Shown here in pieces: positions 1 through 9,630 of a stretch of DNA of 64,000 bases (positions within the stretch are counted from its first letter, which is position 1; each line of letters opens with the position of its first letter). Origin of the DNA: an archaeon (lineage in GTDB: Archaea; Nanobdellota; Nanobdellia; SCGC-AAA011-G17; GW2011-AR17). The stretch covers positions 6,463 through 70,462 of the forward strand of contig JBDRRK010000013.1 of NCBI GenBank assembly GCA_043825775.1. The letters run 5' to 3'. Both the position numbers and the translations under genes were made by a program. The notes below the pieces were generated by a model, which was given only the letters and a program-made list of their open reading frames with translations, was not told the DNA's origin and searched no databases.

Positions 1-1023
1 ACAGTTCAAGTTGAATTAAATACAAAACTGAATGTTGATGTATATTTTCATGGAACTGGTGAAACAAAAGATGTAAAAGTTAGAATGTGGCTAGGTGGCT
101 ATGAATATGACTTACTTGAAGACTATACAGAGATGTTTGATGTTGAAAATGGTGTAAACTATAAGAAAACATTGACCATTGAGATTCCTGAAGATATGGA
201 TTTGATGGAAGATAATTATTACAATCTTTATGTTGAAATTTATGATTCAACAGATTATGAGATGTTCACAAGTACAGTTTACTTTGAAGAACCAAGACAT
301 AAAATAGCTGTAAAAGATATTTACTTGTCAAATGCAGTTTCAGATTCATATGTAGGAGTTAAAGTTAGACTAACTAATTTAGGTGAAAATCAAGAAGAAG
401 ATATTAGAGTTACTGTTTCAATTCCAGAATTAAGTATTTCAGCTAGAACTTATGTTGATGAAATGGCTGCAAGAGGTTATGATACAGCTGATATGGATGA
501 TGAATTGACTGCAAATACAATCTATTTAAAATTACCTTATTACGCGAGTGGTGATTATGAAGTTAAAGTGCAAGTTGATTATAACAATGATCATTCAACG
601 ACTGAAGAAATTGCTTACTTGAGAATTGGTGGAAATAGTTCATATGATGAATCTGCTTTGGTTTCAATTTCAACTTTGAATGATTTGAAAGTTGGCAAAG
701 AAGATGAATTTAAGATTCAAATTACCAATTTAGAGGATACCAAAAACTTTAACATTGAAGTTGATGGTGACTTTGAGTTTGAATATACAGAAAAAGTTAC
801 TGTATCAGGTAATACTGAATTAATTGTAAAAGTTACACCTTTGGAAGCTGGTATGCAATCAATGAGAGTTAAAGTTTATACTGATGAAGGTATTGTTGCA
901 GAAAATATATATAGCTATGATGTTAAAGAAAAAACAGATGTATGGCCAGCAATAATTGGAGTTATTCTGTCAGCTTTTATTGTTGTTTTGGCTTTTTTCA
1001 TTATAGGAAGGTTGAGAGAATAA
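1..1023 (+). CDS. Cell-surface protein with Ig/CARDB-like beta domains and C-terminal TM anchor (5'-partial)
   Basis: Frame is open from base 1 to the ORF-track Met at 85; acidic, beta-rich sequence; C-terminal hydrophobic helix followed by GRLRE. Confidence 0.6.
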   Translation, partial: TVQVELNTKLNVDVYFHGTGETKDVKVRMWLGGYEYDLLEDYTEMFDVENGVNYKKTLTIEIPEDMDLMEDNYYNLYVEIYDSTDYEMFTSTVYFEEPRHKIAVKDIYLSNAVSDSYVGVKVRLTNLGENQEEDIRVTVSIPELSISARTYVDEMAARGYDTADMDDELTANTIYLKLPYYASGDYEVKVQVDYNNDHSTTEEIAYLRIGGNSSYDESALVSISTLNDLKVGKEDEFKIQITNLEDTKNFNIEVDGDFEFEYTEKVTVSGNTELIVKVTPLEAGMQSMRVKVYTDEGIVAENIYSYDVKEKTDVWPAIIGVILSAFIVVLAFFIIGRLRE

Positions 1024-1027
1024 CCTT

Positions 1028-2017
1028 TTATTTTTCTTTTATTAATTCTATTAAATCATTAAATTCTTTTATGTCTAGTGTGAACCCACCTGCTTTTTCG
1101 TGTCCACCACCTAAATAAGATGGAAGTTTACCATTAAAAGAGTCTAAGAACTTACCTGCATTGAAATCTAAGTTATCAGGAACTCTCATACTTCCAATCA
1201 TTTCATTATTTAATTGGTTTACAACTAAGATGGGTTTATTTTTAATGTTTCGAGCCGCTATAACTCCCTGAATATTTTTATCTGAACTTAATATTACAAT
1301 ATCAATACCATTTATTTCTTTTATTTCATGTTTTTTTGAATAGAGATCTCTTAATTCTTTTTTATAATCTTGAAGTTGTTGGGCTATTGGATGTAGATTG
1401 TATATCATTGGTTCATATGTTTCTATACATTTTAATAATTCTAATGGAATGTCTCCACTCCAGTTTTTTCTCTTTCCAGTATTGAGCATTGAAACATACT
1501 TTTCAATTTCTAAGTAATTCCCATCATCATAATAGCTTTGCTTTTTAACCATTAGATCTGGAATAAAATTATTTGCATTAATCTTTAGCTCTTTTGGAAT
1601 GTTTTCTTTTTTTCCTTGATCACCAAAATAGCCTAGCAAAGTTAAGAAAATAAAATAAGGATTTGTTTTGTCTGTGATTAGTTTTTGATAGATTAATAAG
1701 GAACAGGATTGTGATTGCTCATCATGTAATAAAAAAGAATATTTTTTTGTTAAATCGGATGGATGGTGGTCAATGTAAATTATTTGTCGGTCAAATATAT
1801 CTCCTGGTTGTATATCTACACAGATTATTACCTCTTCATCTCCAATATCTTCTTTTTCTATTATGAATTTCTTTCCTTTTGATATTGTTGTTATAGATTC
1901 TACTTCATCTTTGATAATATGGTAGATTAGTGCTCCAGAACTTACTCCATCTGCATCCCAATGGCAACAGAGTTTTACTCTTTTATTTCTAACTATCTCT
2001 TTTAGTTTTTCTTCCAT
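1028..2017 (-). CDS. DHH/DHHA1 family phosphoesterase (RecJ/NrnA-like)
   Basis: Motifs HWDADG, VD, IDHHP, GGGHEKAGG. Confidence 0.85.
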   Translation of the reverse strand: MEEKLKEIVRNKRVKLCCHWDADGVSSGALIYHIIKDEVESITTISKGKKFIIEKEDIGDEEVIICVDIQPGDIFDRQIIYIDHHPSDLTKKYSFLLHDEQSQSCSLLIYQKLITDKTNPYFIFLTLLGYFGDQGKKENIPKELKINANNFIPDLMVKKQSYYDDGNYLEIEKYVSMLNTGKRKNWSGDIPLELLKCIETYEPMIYNLHPIAQQLQDYKKELRDLYSKKHEIKEINGIDIVILSSDKNIQGVIAARNIKNKPILVVNQLNNEMIGSMRVPDNLDFNAGKFLDSFNGKLPSYLGGGHEKAGGFTLDIKEFNDLIELIKEK

Positions 2018-2049
2018 TTTTATTTTTAGAAAATAATAGTTTATAAATT

Positions 2050-2904
2050 CTATTGAAGTGCATCAAATGATTTCATTGCAACTTCTATTTGTTTTTCATC
2101 TGGTTCTCTTGTTGTTATTTTTTGTAATAATAGTCCAGGAGATATTAAAGCTAGTAGAAATTTACTTTTTCTATACTTCCCAGAAAGTTTAATTAATTCG
2201 TATGCTACTCCAGCTATAATTGGTAATAATGCTATTCTAATACCAAATTTTATCCAGAAGGAGTATTCTAATGGGATAAATATGTAAGCAATTATACTTA
2301 AAAATATTACAAAGATAATAAAACTTGAACCACATCTTGGATGTAATGTACTGTATGTTTTTATTCTATTCATATTATCTTTTGTTATCCTTTGTTCATC
2401 TTCATAGGCATTAACAATCTTGTGTTCTGCTCCATGGTATTGGAATACACGTTTTACATCTGGCATCAAGGATATAACATAGATATATCCAGTTAGAATT
2501 ATAAGTTTGATTAAACCTTCTGTTGCATTATACAAATATTTGTTTTCAAAATTTATTAAATCTGCTAAAAAGAAGGGTAGAAACTTGAATAATAATAATG
2601 CTAAACCAATTGAAAAAATAAAAGTAAATAATATACTCCAAAAACCAAGAACTTGTTCTCCATCTTCTGAAACTGATATATTTGCAGAGTAATTCAAAGC
2701 TTTCATTCCTTGAATTAAAGTTTCAAAAAGAATTACTATTCCTCTAATGAAAGGTAAACCTAATAGTTTGTTTTTAGTTAAAGATTTATAACTCTCAACT
2801 TTTGTAATTATTTTATCCTTGGGATCTCTTACTGCAACAGCAATTTTATTTTTTCCCTTGAACATTACCCCTTCTATTACTGCCTGTCCGCCTATATTCT
2901 GCAT
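2050..2904 (-). CDS. DUF1385 (YqhQ-like) membrane protein, putative metalloprotease
   Basis: IGGQAVIEGVM, YHGAEHK, HPRCGSSF, TTREPD motifs. Confidence 0.85.
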   Translation of the reverse strand: MQNIGGQAVIEGVMFKGKNKIAVAVRDPKDKIITKVESYKSLTKNKLLGLPFIRGIVILFETLIQGMKALNYSANISVSEDGEQVLGFWSILFTFIFSIGLALLLFKFLPFFLADLINFENKYLYNATEGLIKLIILTGYIYVISLMPDVKRVFQYHGAEHKIVNAYEDEQRITKDNMNRIKTYSTLHPRCGSSFIIFVIFLSIIAYIFIPLEYSFWIKFGIRIALLPIIAGVAYELIKLSGKYRKSKFLLALISPGLLLQKITTREPDEKQIEVAMKSFDALQ

Positions 2905-5776
2905 TTTTGTTTAATAATCTCCATACTAAAAGTACTATTAATAGTGCTAAAATTAATGAAAGTGATACAATACTTATTAATTTTGTCTTTTCTTTGAAGA
3001 AACCAGGTTCTCTTTCTTCTTCTTCAAGAATTTCAACAATCATATCCTCTTCTGGAGGGTATTCACTTGGTGTTTCCTCAATTACTGATTCTTCTGTTAT
3101 TGCTGTTATTGCGAAGTATGAGAATCCAGGTGTTGTTGCTGCATAGACATATGAATCATTTTCAACTCTTATGTATCTTGTTGACAATTCTTCCCATGAT
3201 GTTGTATATCTTTGTAATACTATATCTTCTTTGGTTACATCATTATCTCTAATCCAAGTTTTTAAAACTTTAAATTCTAGTTCTCCATTTGAAATATCTT
3301 CATTATCAAAGTTTGTTGTTGTTATTTCTAGATATTGATATAATATTCCTTTAGGACTTAATACTATTGTTTCTTCTAAGGCTTCAACTTTTACTTTTAT
3401 ATTTGCTAACTCCTTATTTACATCTATATCTACATGAGTAATAGGTATTAATAGATTATTTATTGAAAAGGAAATAGGGTTTTCTGCTGATGCTGATTCA
3501 ATGATTTGGGTTACTGATGTACTTGTTCCACTTCCTCCGCCACCTCCACCACTAGAACCTCCACCAGAACCTCCAGGACTTCCACTATTTGGTGATACTG
3601 GTGTTGGTGTTGAAATGTTAAAAGTTCTTTGTTCAGACATGTTTTGATTGTTTGCTGAGTCTGTACAATTAGTATACCAAGTATAATTTTCAATAGGATA
3701 AGATTTTGTAAAAGAGCCTGTAGCTGAAGCATCAGTTGCATTTATTGTAGAATCAATAATTAATGAACAATTATCTATACTATTTGTATCTGTAACTCCA
3801 TATTGGAATGTTATCTCTTGTAGACTTGAAGAATAAATTTGTTTGTCTGCTGGAGATGTTAATGTTATTGCTGGTTTTATTGTATCATAGATTCTAGTGT
3901 AGTTTGCAGAGGCGTATACTGATTGTGTTTTATTATTAGTAGATAAACAGTTCCAAGAATAAGTTCCATCAGTTGGGATTATATAGGAGAAAGAGGATGA
4001 ATTAGTTGCCCCTTGTTTATCTGTTGTTTCATTGTAAACTAAAGATGTTGAATTCCAAATACTAAATGTTACATTTGCTAACTCTGCTGTTTCATTAGCT
4101 ATGCTTGAACATGCGAAGGAAGTTGGATTTGTATTTGTTATTGAGTTGTCTGCTGGTGAAGTTAATGTTGTTTGCATTGCTTGGGCTATAATTAAGGTAA
4201 AGTTTTCAGTTGCATAAGCTTCATTGTTGTTGTAATCTTTTGCTAAACAATTCCAGTAATATGTTCCAGTTGTTAAACCAGTTACATCAAAATCACTAGA
4301 GTTTGTTGTTCCTGTTGTTGTGTTTGTTTGATTATTGAATAAATATGTTGAGTTCCAAATTTTTAGTGTTATGTTTGAAACATAAAAATCAGATACATTA
4401 CATGAAAAGGTTTGATTTGCACTTCCATCATTTGTGTTATTTGCTGGGGATGTAAGTGTTACATTTGGTTGATCTATATCTAATGCGGCTATTGCTTTGT
4501 AAATATCAATTCTTGGGAAAATCCTTCCAGAATTTGCAGAGTCATCTATTGCTAATCCTGTTTTATTAAGAGTACTTTCAATTTGTTGGGTTGTTTTTGT
4601 TTGTCCAGAAAGGTTTAGGTATTGGTTCATTAAAATTATTGCTCCTGCTGCATGTGGAGCTGCCATTGAAGTTCCATACTTTCCAGTTGTTCCTCCTAGA
4701 TAATTTAATGAGGTTACTGTATTTCCTGCTGTACCACCTGGTGCAAGTAAATCAGTAAGAGAATTTCTTTCTACATATGATGGAATTGTATCTGCTCCTT
4801 TATCTACTGAACCAATTGCTGTTGCATTTTCAATACAAGCTGGAGTTCCAATTGTAGTTGTTGTTCCAGAATTTCCAGTTGCTATTGTGATTACAACATT
4901 TTGATCTATTGCATCTTGTATTGCAGCTGCCATTGTTGGATAGGCTGAATCACAGTAACTTGAAAATGCTCCTCCTCCTAAAGAAATGGTTATTACAGAG
5001 ATATTATATGTTGCTGCATTATCTGAGCACCATTGTATTCCTTCTGTTATATCACTAATTAATGCTGAACCAGAAGAATTTGTTACTTTCATCGCGATGA
5101 AATTAACTTCAGGAGCCATACCTAATGCTGATGTTCCATTTGCACCAACAATTCCAGCTACATGTGTTCCATGACCTTGGTCATCTTCTGCATTGTTAAG
5201 TTCATTAGTGTTATCAGAGCAACATCCTCCTGAACCTAAATCAGTTACATCACAATAACAGTATTCTGCAACTATTCTTCCTTGTAAAGATTCATGAGTT
5301 GAATTTATTCCAGTATCAATAACACATACTGTTTGGCCTAGTCCAGTAAGATTTATGTTGTATAATTGTAAAGCATGTACTGTATCTGTTTCAATTTGAG
5401 GCAAGGTTGTTGCTAGTTGAATGTTTAATACTTCATCTTCTCTAATAGAAGTTATATCTTCTTGTAAAATATCTTTAAGTTCTTGTTCATTAATTGTTGC
5501 AGAGTAAAAATCTTCTGATATTTCATCTAATTCAATGTTTAAATCTTCAGGAGAATCTGTTTCAATTATTACTTGTACATCTTTTTCTTCAATTTGATCT
5601 ACCACTTCAATATCAATAAAAATTTGTCCTTCATCAATATTTTCTGGGATCTCTTCAGCTATTACAAAAATTGTAATTTTATCTGATTTACTATAAAATA
5701 GTTTATCTTGAAAAACACCCAAAGTGGAGACTAATAAAAAAATAACTATAATTAATATTATAATCTTCCCCCTCAT
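2846..5776 (-). CDS. Membrane-anchored subtilisin (S8) protease with Ig-like repeats and PGF-pre-PGF domain
   Basis: Signal peptide; triad VIDTG, HGTHVAG, GTSMAAP; three LTSPA(N/D) repeats; Gly/Ser linker; TTPGFSYFAI; C-terminal TM. Confidence 0.9.
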   Translation of the reverse strand: MRGKIIILIIVIFLLVSTLGVFQDKLFYSKSDKITIFVIAEEIPENIDEGQIFIDIEVVDQIEEKDVQVIIETDSPEDLNIELDEISEDFYSATINEQELKDILQEDITSIREDEVLNIQLATTLPQIETDTVHALQLYNINLTGLGQTVCVIDTGINSTHESLQGRIVAEYCYCDVTDLGSGGCCSDNTNELNNAEDDQGHGTHVAGIVGANGTSALGMAPEVNFIAMKVTNSSGSALISDITEGIQWCSDNAATYNISVITISLGGGAFSSYCDSAYPTMAAAIQDAIDQNVVITIATGNSGTTTTIGTPACIENATAIGSVDKGADTIPSYVERNSLTDLLAPGGTAGNTVTSLNYLGGTTGKYGTSMAAPHAAGAIILMNQYLNLSGQTKTTQQIESTLNKTGLAIDDSANSGRIFPRIDIYKAIAALDIDQPNVTLTSPANNTNDGSANQTFSCNVSDFYVSNITLKIWNSTYLFNNQTNTTTGTTNSSDFDVTGLTTGTYYWNCLAKDYNNNEAYATENFTLIIAQAMQTTLTSPADNSITNTNPTSFACSSIANETAELANVTFSIWNSTSLVYNETTDKQGATNSSSFSYIIPTDGTYSWNCLSTNNKTQSVYASANYTRIYDTIKPAITLTSPADKQIYSSSLQEITFQYGVTDTNSIDNCSLIIDSTINATDASATGSFTKSYPIENYTWYTNCTDSANNQNMSEQRTFNISTPTPVSPNSGSPGGSGGGSSGGGGGGSGTSTSVTQIIESASAENPISFSINNLLIPITHVDIDVNKELANIKVKVEALEETIVLSPKGILYQYLEITTTNFDNEDISNGELEFKVLKTWIRDNDVTKEDIVLQRYTTSWEELSTRYIRVENDSYVYAATTPGFSYFAITAITEESVIEETPSEYPPEEDMIVEILEEEEREPGFFKEKTKLISIVSLSLILALLIVLLVWRLLNKNAEYRRTGSNRRGNVQGKK

Positions 5777-5811
5777 GTATTTAACTTAAGTAAATTGATA
5801 TTTAATTGTTT

Positions 5812-6165
5812 CTATTTTATAAAATTAAAACCATCAAAATGAATTTCTGTATCATCAGAACCATAAACTCTTTGAACTTCATATAATCCTTTTGTCCAAA
5901 TTGTTCCACTAGGTCCTACGTAATGAGTTGCTTCTAGAATTATTATTGCTGCTAAAGGTCTTGATAAGTTTCCATTTCCTTTTGTTTCTAATAAAGGAAT
6001 TACACCTTCTAGCCAATAATTTCTTTGACCTTGTTTTAGAAATTTATATACTCTTGCAGGCCTTAAATCTTTTGGGATACATTCTTCTAAACCTCTTCTT
6101 CCTTCATTAAATTCTCTAATGTTTCTTAATGCTAGATCTGGATTAAATTCAACTTGTATTCCCAT
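5812..6165 (-). CDS. Hypothetical protein
   Basis: 117-aa ORF filling the gap between flanking genes; no recognised motif. Confidence 0.6.
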   Translation of the reverse strand: MGIQVEFNPDLALRNIREFNEGRRGLEECIPKDLRPARVYKFLKQGQRNYWLEGVIPLLETKGNGNLSRPLAAIIILEATHYVGPSGTIWTKGLYEVQRVYGSDDTEIHFDGFNFIK

Positions 6166-6170
6166 AGAGA

Positions 6171-6782
6171 TTAGAATCTACTTGATTTATTTATATGTTT
6201 TTTGTTAGAAAATCCTATATGTTTCTTCCATTTATTTAGTTCTTTTAAACCATTCATCTGAATTCTTACTTTACCCTTACCAATATTATGAGTTCCATAA
6301 TTAAAATCATAAAAATTTAATAGTTCTTGAAATTGTTTCTGCATAGGTGAAGGAGATATTTTCATTTCGAGTCTAGGATATAATTTATTTCCATTTTTAG
6401 TGATAACAACACTTCTATCTGTGTCAAAATATCCTCTTAAAACATACTTTCCGTATTTTTTGTTTATGAGAGAATCTGGAATTATTGCTCTTTCCCATTT
6501 TGGTGCTTTTTTTAACCCAAAATCTAATAAGTTTAAAATAATATTTTTCTTAAAAACAAATATATCTATTGCTTTTTCTTTTTTTCTAGGTTTAATAATT
6601 GGTTTTTCATTTAGAACCTCACAAATTAATTTAGAAACATAATTAATATATTCTTTTTCCTCAGAACTTAATGTAATCTTTAACGCATAATATGTTGAAT
6701 ACTTTTCTGATTTATAAATAGCAATTGAACCATCTCCTAAAATGATTCCTACTAATTCAGCTGATTTTTTATTAATTATCAT
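6171..6782 (-). CDS. Stand-alone two-motif LAGLIDADG endonuclease-like protein
   Basis: Motif 1 AELVGIILGDGS; motif 2 LRGYFDTDRS (Gly replaced by Arg). Confidence 0.8.
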   Translation of the reverse strand: MIINKKSAELVGIILGDGSIAIYKSEKYSTYYALKITLSSEEKEYINYVSKLICEVLNEKPIIKPRKKEKAIDIFVFKKNIILNLLDFGLKKAPKWERAIIPDSLINKKYGKYVLRGYFDTDRSVVITKNGNKLYPRLEMKISPSPMQKQFQELLNFYDFNYGTHNIGKGKVRIQMNGLKELNKWKKHIGFSNKKHINKSSRF

Positions 6783-6854
6783 TATTTATTGAATATTTTG
6801 TTATTATATAAGTTCTGCGCGCATTTGTCATGTCAATGAGAAATATAAAAAATA

Positions 6855-6990
6855 TAGCGAGGGAAAGATTTGAACTTTCGACCTCCGGGTTATGAGCCTT
6901 CCGCAGTACTTTACGATTGTACTTCGACGGGCACTCCTGATTGGGTACCAGATCAATAAACCTTTGATTCCAGTTCTGCCCCACCTCGCT
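6855..6990 (-). tRNA. Initiator tRNA-Met(CAT) with two introns (6941-6975 and 6899-6924)
   Basis: After removing both inserts: AGCGAGG/CCTCGCT acceptor (A1-U72), GGGC/GCCC D-stem, TCGGG-CTCATAA-CCCGG anticodon arm with three G-C pairs, GAAAG-TTCAAAT-CTTTC T arm; 75 nt. Confidence 0.93.
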
Positions 6991-7065
6991 ATAGACTACA
7001 TTAAAAAACCCCCATTTAAAAACCTTTCCCAAACCTTTTTATAATGAAAATAACCTTTTTTTAGT

Positions 7066-7671
7066 ATGAAAAAGTTATTTATCCCTGCAAAGAGTGATGT
7101 AAAAATTGAACCTTTGTTAAAAAAAGTAAAATTAAAAGGAAAGATTGGAGTCCTTACTACTGTACAGCACCTGGATGAAGTAAAAAAAATAAAAGATAAG
7201 AGATTTGTTATTGGTGGTCAGATTTTGGGATGTAATGCAAGTAATGCAATGAAATTAAAAGTTGATTATTTACTCTATATTGGTTCAGGTAGGTTTCATC
7301 CTATTCAAATTGCTTTGGAAACTAATAAGGAAGTGTATATATTAAATCCATTTACAAAAGAATTTTCCAAATTAGAAAAGAAAAATGTAGATAGAATAAA
7401 AAAGAAAATTAAAGGGGCTTATTTGAAGTATTTGAATGCTAAAAAAGTTGGAGTTATTGTTTCTACAAAACCTGGGCAAAATAAGAAATTTGATATAAAA
7501 ACAGATAAGGAAATTTACTATTTTATGTGTGATAATGTTACTAATCAGATTGAGAATTTTCCTGACATTGATATTTGGATTAATACTGCTTGTCCTAGAT
7601 TAGCATATGAAAATGAGTTTAATGTTTCTATGATAAATATTGATGATTTGAAGGCTGCAGAAAACTTATAA
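7066..7671 (+). CDS. dph2: Diphthamide biosynthesis protein Dph2-like (short form)
   Basis: GQILGC, GSGRFHP, VSTKPGQ, NTACPR motifs. Confidence 0.8.
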   Translation: MKKLFIPAKSDVKIEPLLKKVKLKGKIGVLTTVQHLDEVKKIKDKRFVIGGQILGCNASNAMKLKVDYLLYIGSGRFHPIQIALETNKEVYILNPFTKEFSKLEKKNVDRIKKKIKGAYLKYLNAKKVGVIVSTKPGQNKKFDIKTDKEIYYFMCDNVTNQIENFPDIDIWINTACPRLAYENEFNVSMINIDDLKAAENL

Positions 7672-7722
7672 ATATTTATTTGAAGAGAAAAGTTTAAAAG
7701 AGTATAATCCATTCTAAATTTT

Positions 7723-9210
7723 ATGATTTCAATTGAAGAAATGGCTATATTTTGTAAGAAAAAGGGTTTTGTCTATCCTAGTGCAGAAATGTATGGAGGG
7801 TTGGCTGGTTTTTTTGACTATGGTCCATTAGGAGTTGAACTAAAAAATAATATGAAAAGTTCTTGGTGGAAGTTTCATGTGCAGAATAGAGATGATGTTG
7901 TTGGAATTGATGGTTCTATAATTACTAATCCTAGGGTTTGGAAAGCTTCTGGACATGTTGAAAATTTTATTGATGTTATGGTTGAATGTAAAAAATGTAA
8001 TACTCGATATAGAGCTGATCATTTAATTGAAGAGATGTTAGGAATTTCTATTGAAGGTGCGCCTATAGAAGAGATTGAAAAACAATTAGATAAAATTAAA
8101 TGTCAAAATTGTAAAGGAGATTTAGGTAAGGCTGAAAAATTTCATTCAATGTTTGAAACAAATGTTGGCCCAATTCAAAATGAAAAATCAAGAGCTTATT
8201 TAAGACCAGAAACTGCACAATTAATATTTACAAATTTCAAAGCTGTTGTTGAGAATTCAAGGTTGAAGTTGCCGTTTGGAATTGCACAGATTGGAAAAGC
8301 ATTCAGGAATGAGATTTCTCCTAGAAACTTCTTGTTTAGATGTAGAGAGTTTGAACAGATGGAAATGGAATATTTTATTCATCCAAATAATAAAAAATGT
8401 CCTTATATGAAAGAAGTTGAAGAACACGAAATTCAAATTTTAACTGCTGAAATGCAACATGATAAAAAGAAAGAGAAAAAAATGAAAATAAAGAATGCTA
8501 TAAAATTGTTTAAGAGTCCTTGGCATGCTTATTGGTTGGCAAAAGAACATTGGTGGTTTATGTCTTTAGGATGTAAAGCTGATAATTTTAGAATTAGGCA
8601 ACATTTGCCAGATGAAAAAGCCCATTATTCAGAAGATTGTTGGGATTTAGAATATAATTATCCTTTTGGTTACAAAGAATTGCAAGGGATTGCTGATAGA
8701 GGAGATTATGATTTGAAACAGCATATGAAGGAGTCTAAAAAAGATTTAATGTTGTTTGATGAGGAAAGTGGGGAAAAAATTTTGCCAATAGTTATTGCTG
8801 AACCTTCATTAGGGGTTGACAGGGCATTCTTAGTTTTTATGTATGATGCTTATGAAGATGATAAAAAAAGAGGGAATATTGTTTTGAAATTAAATCCCAA
8901 ATTAGCACCAATAAAAGTTGGAGTTTTTCCTTTGGTTAATAAGGTTGGAGACAAGGCCATGAAAATCTATTCTGAATTGAAGAATGAAATAGTTTGTACA
9001 TATGATAAAGGAGGAAGTGTTGGTAGGAGGTATGCTAGAGCTGATGAACAAGGAATACCTTACTGTGTGACTATTGATTTTGATGATGGAGTTACAATTA
9101 GAGATAGGGATAGTACAAAACAGATTAGAGTTGAAGAAAAGGAGTTGGTTAGTGTATTAAAAAGATTATTAGATGGTGAAGAGTTTTCTAAAGTTGGAAA
9201 ATTGATATAG
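7723..9210 (+). CDS. glyS: Glycine--tRNA ligase (homodimeric alpha2 type)
   Basis: DYGPLG, LRPETAQ, FRNEISPR, REFEQME, EPSLGVDR, anticodon-binding domain GRRYARADE. Confidence 0.97.
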   Translation: MISIEEMAIFCKKKGFVYPSAEMYGGLAGFFDYGPLGVELKNNMKSSWWKFHVQNRDDVVGIDGSIITNPRVWKASGHVENFIDVMVECKKCNTRYRADHLIEEMLGISIEGAPIEEIEKQLDKIKCQNCKGDLGKAEKFHSMFETNVGPIQNEKSRAYLRPETAQLIFTNFKAVVENSRLKLPFGIAQIGKAFRNEISPRNFLFRCREFEQMEMEYFIHPNNKKCPYMKEVEEHEIQILTAEMQHDKKKEKKMKIKNAIKLFKSPWHAYWLAKEHWWFMSLGCKADNFRIRQHLPDEKAHYSEDCWDLEYNYPFGYKELQGIADRGDYDLKQHMKESKKDLMLFDEESGEKILPIVIAEPSLGVDRAFLVFMYDAYEDDKKRGNIVLKLNPKLAPIKVGVFPLVNKVGDKAMKIYSELKNEIVCTYDKGGSVGRRYARADEQGIPYCVTIDFDDGVTIRDRDSTKQIRVEEKELVSVLKRLLDGEEFSKVGKLI

Positions 9211-9248
9211 AAAGTTTTAAAAGATAGGAGTTTTTCTAGATGATTATT

Positions 9249-9322
9249 GGGACCTTAGCTCAGCCTGGGAGAGCACTAGACTGAAGATCTAGGTGTCGTG
9301 GGTTCAAATCCCACAGGTCTCA
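9249..9322 (+). tRNA. tRNA-Phe(GAA)
   Basis: GGGACCT/AGGTCTC acceptor, CTAGA-CTGAAGA-TCTAG anticodon arm, GTGGG-TTCAAAT-CCCAC T arm. Confidence 0.96.
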
Positions 9323-9325
9323 TTT

Positions 9326-9628
9326 TTATTCAATTTTACAATAGTTAAATCTCTCCATTGGATTCACATTATCTTCTAAACTTTTTCTAAACGAATGGAA
9401 AAAAGCTCTTGCTCCATGTCTTTTTGCTGTTTCTGCTACATCAATTCCATCAATTTCTGCAAATAGATTTGCTCTTGTGAAAACAGCAGAATATCTACGA
9501 TCTTGCAATTTCAATAATGCAGACTCACCTGAATAAGCAGTGTCTACTATACAACCTTGCATTTCTATATACCTTTCTAAAGCCCTTGCATATTCTGGCA
9601 TAGGTTCTACTACTAAAATTCTTTTCAT
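9326..9628 (-). CDS. Degenerate receiver (REC) domain protein
   Basis: ILVVE...VDTAYSGESAL pattern; the acidic pair and the phospho-acceptor Asp are missing. Confidence 0.65.
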   Translation of the reverse strand: MKRILVVEPMPEYARALERYIEMQGCIVDTAYSGESALLKLQDRRYSAVFTRANLFAEIDGIDVAETAKRHGARAFFHSFRKSLEDNVNPMERFNYCKIE

Positions 9629-9630
9629 TT

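Noticed and set aside
3520-3600. GGT/GGA-rich low-complexity tract
   Set aside because: Encodes the Gly/Ser linker of the protease; not a DNA repeat element
6772-7032. 86-aa ORF on the minus strand
   Set aside because: It runs through the intron-containing tRNA-iMet
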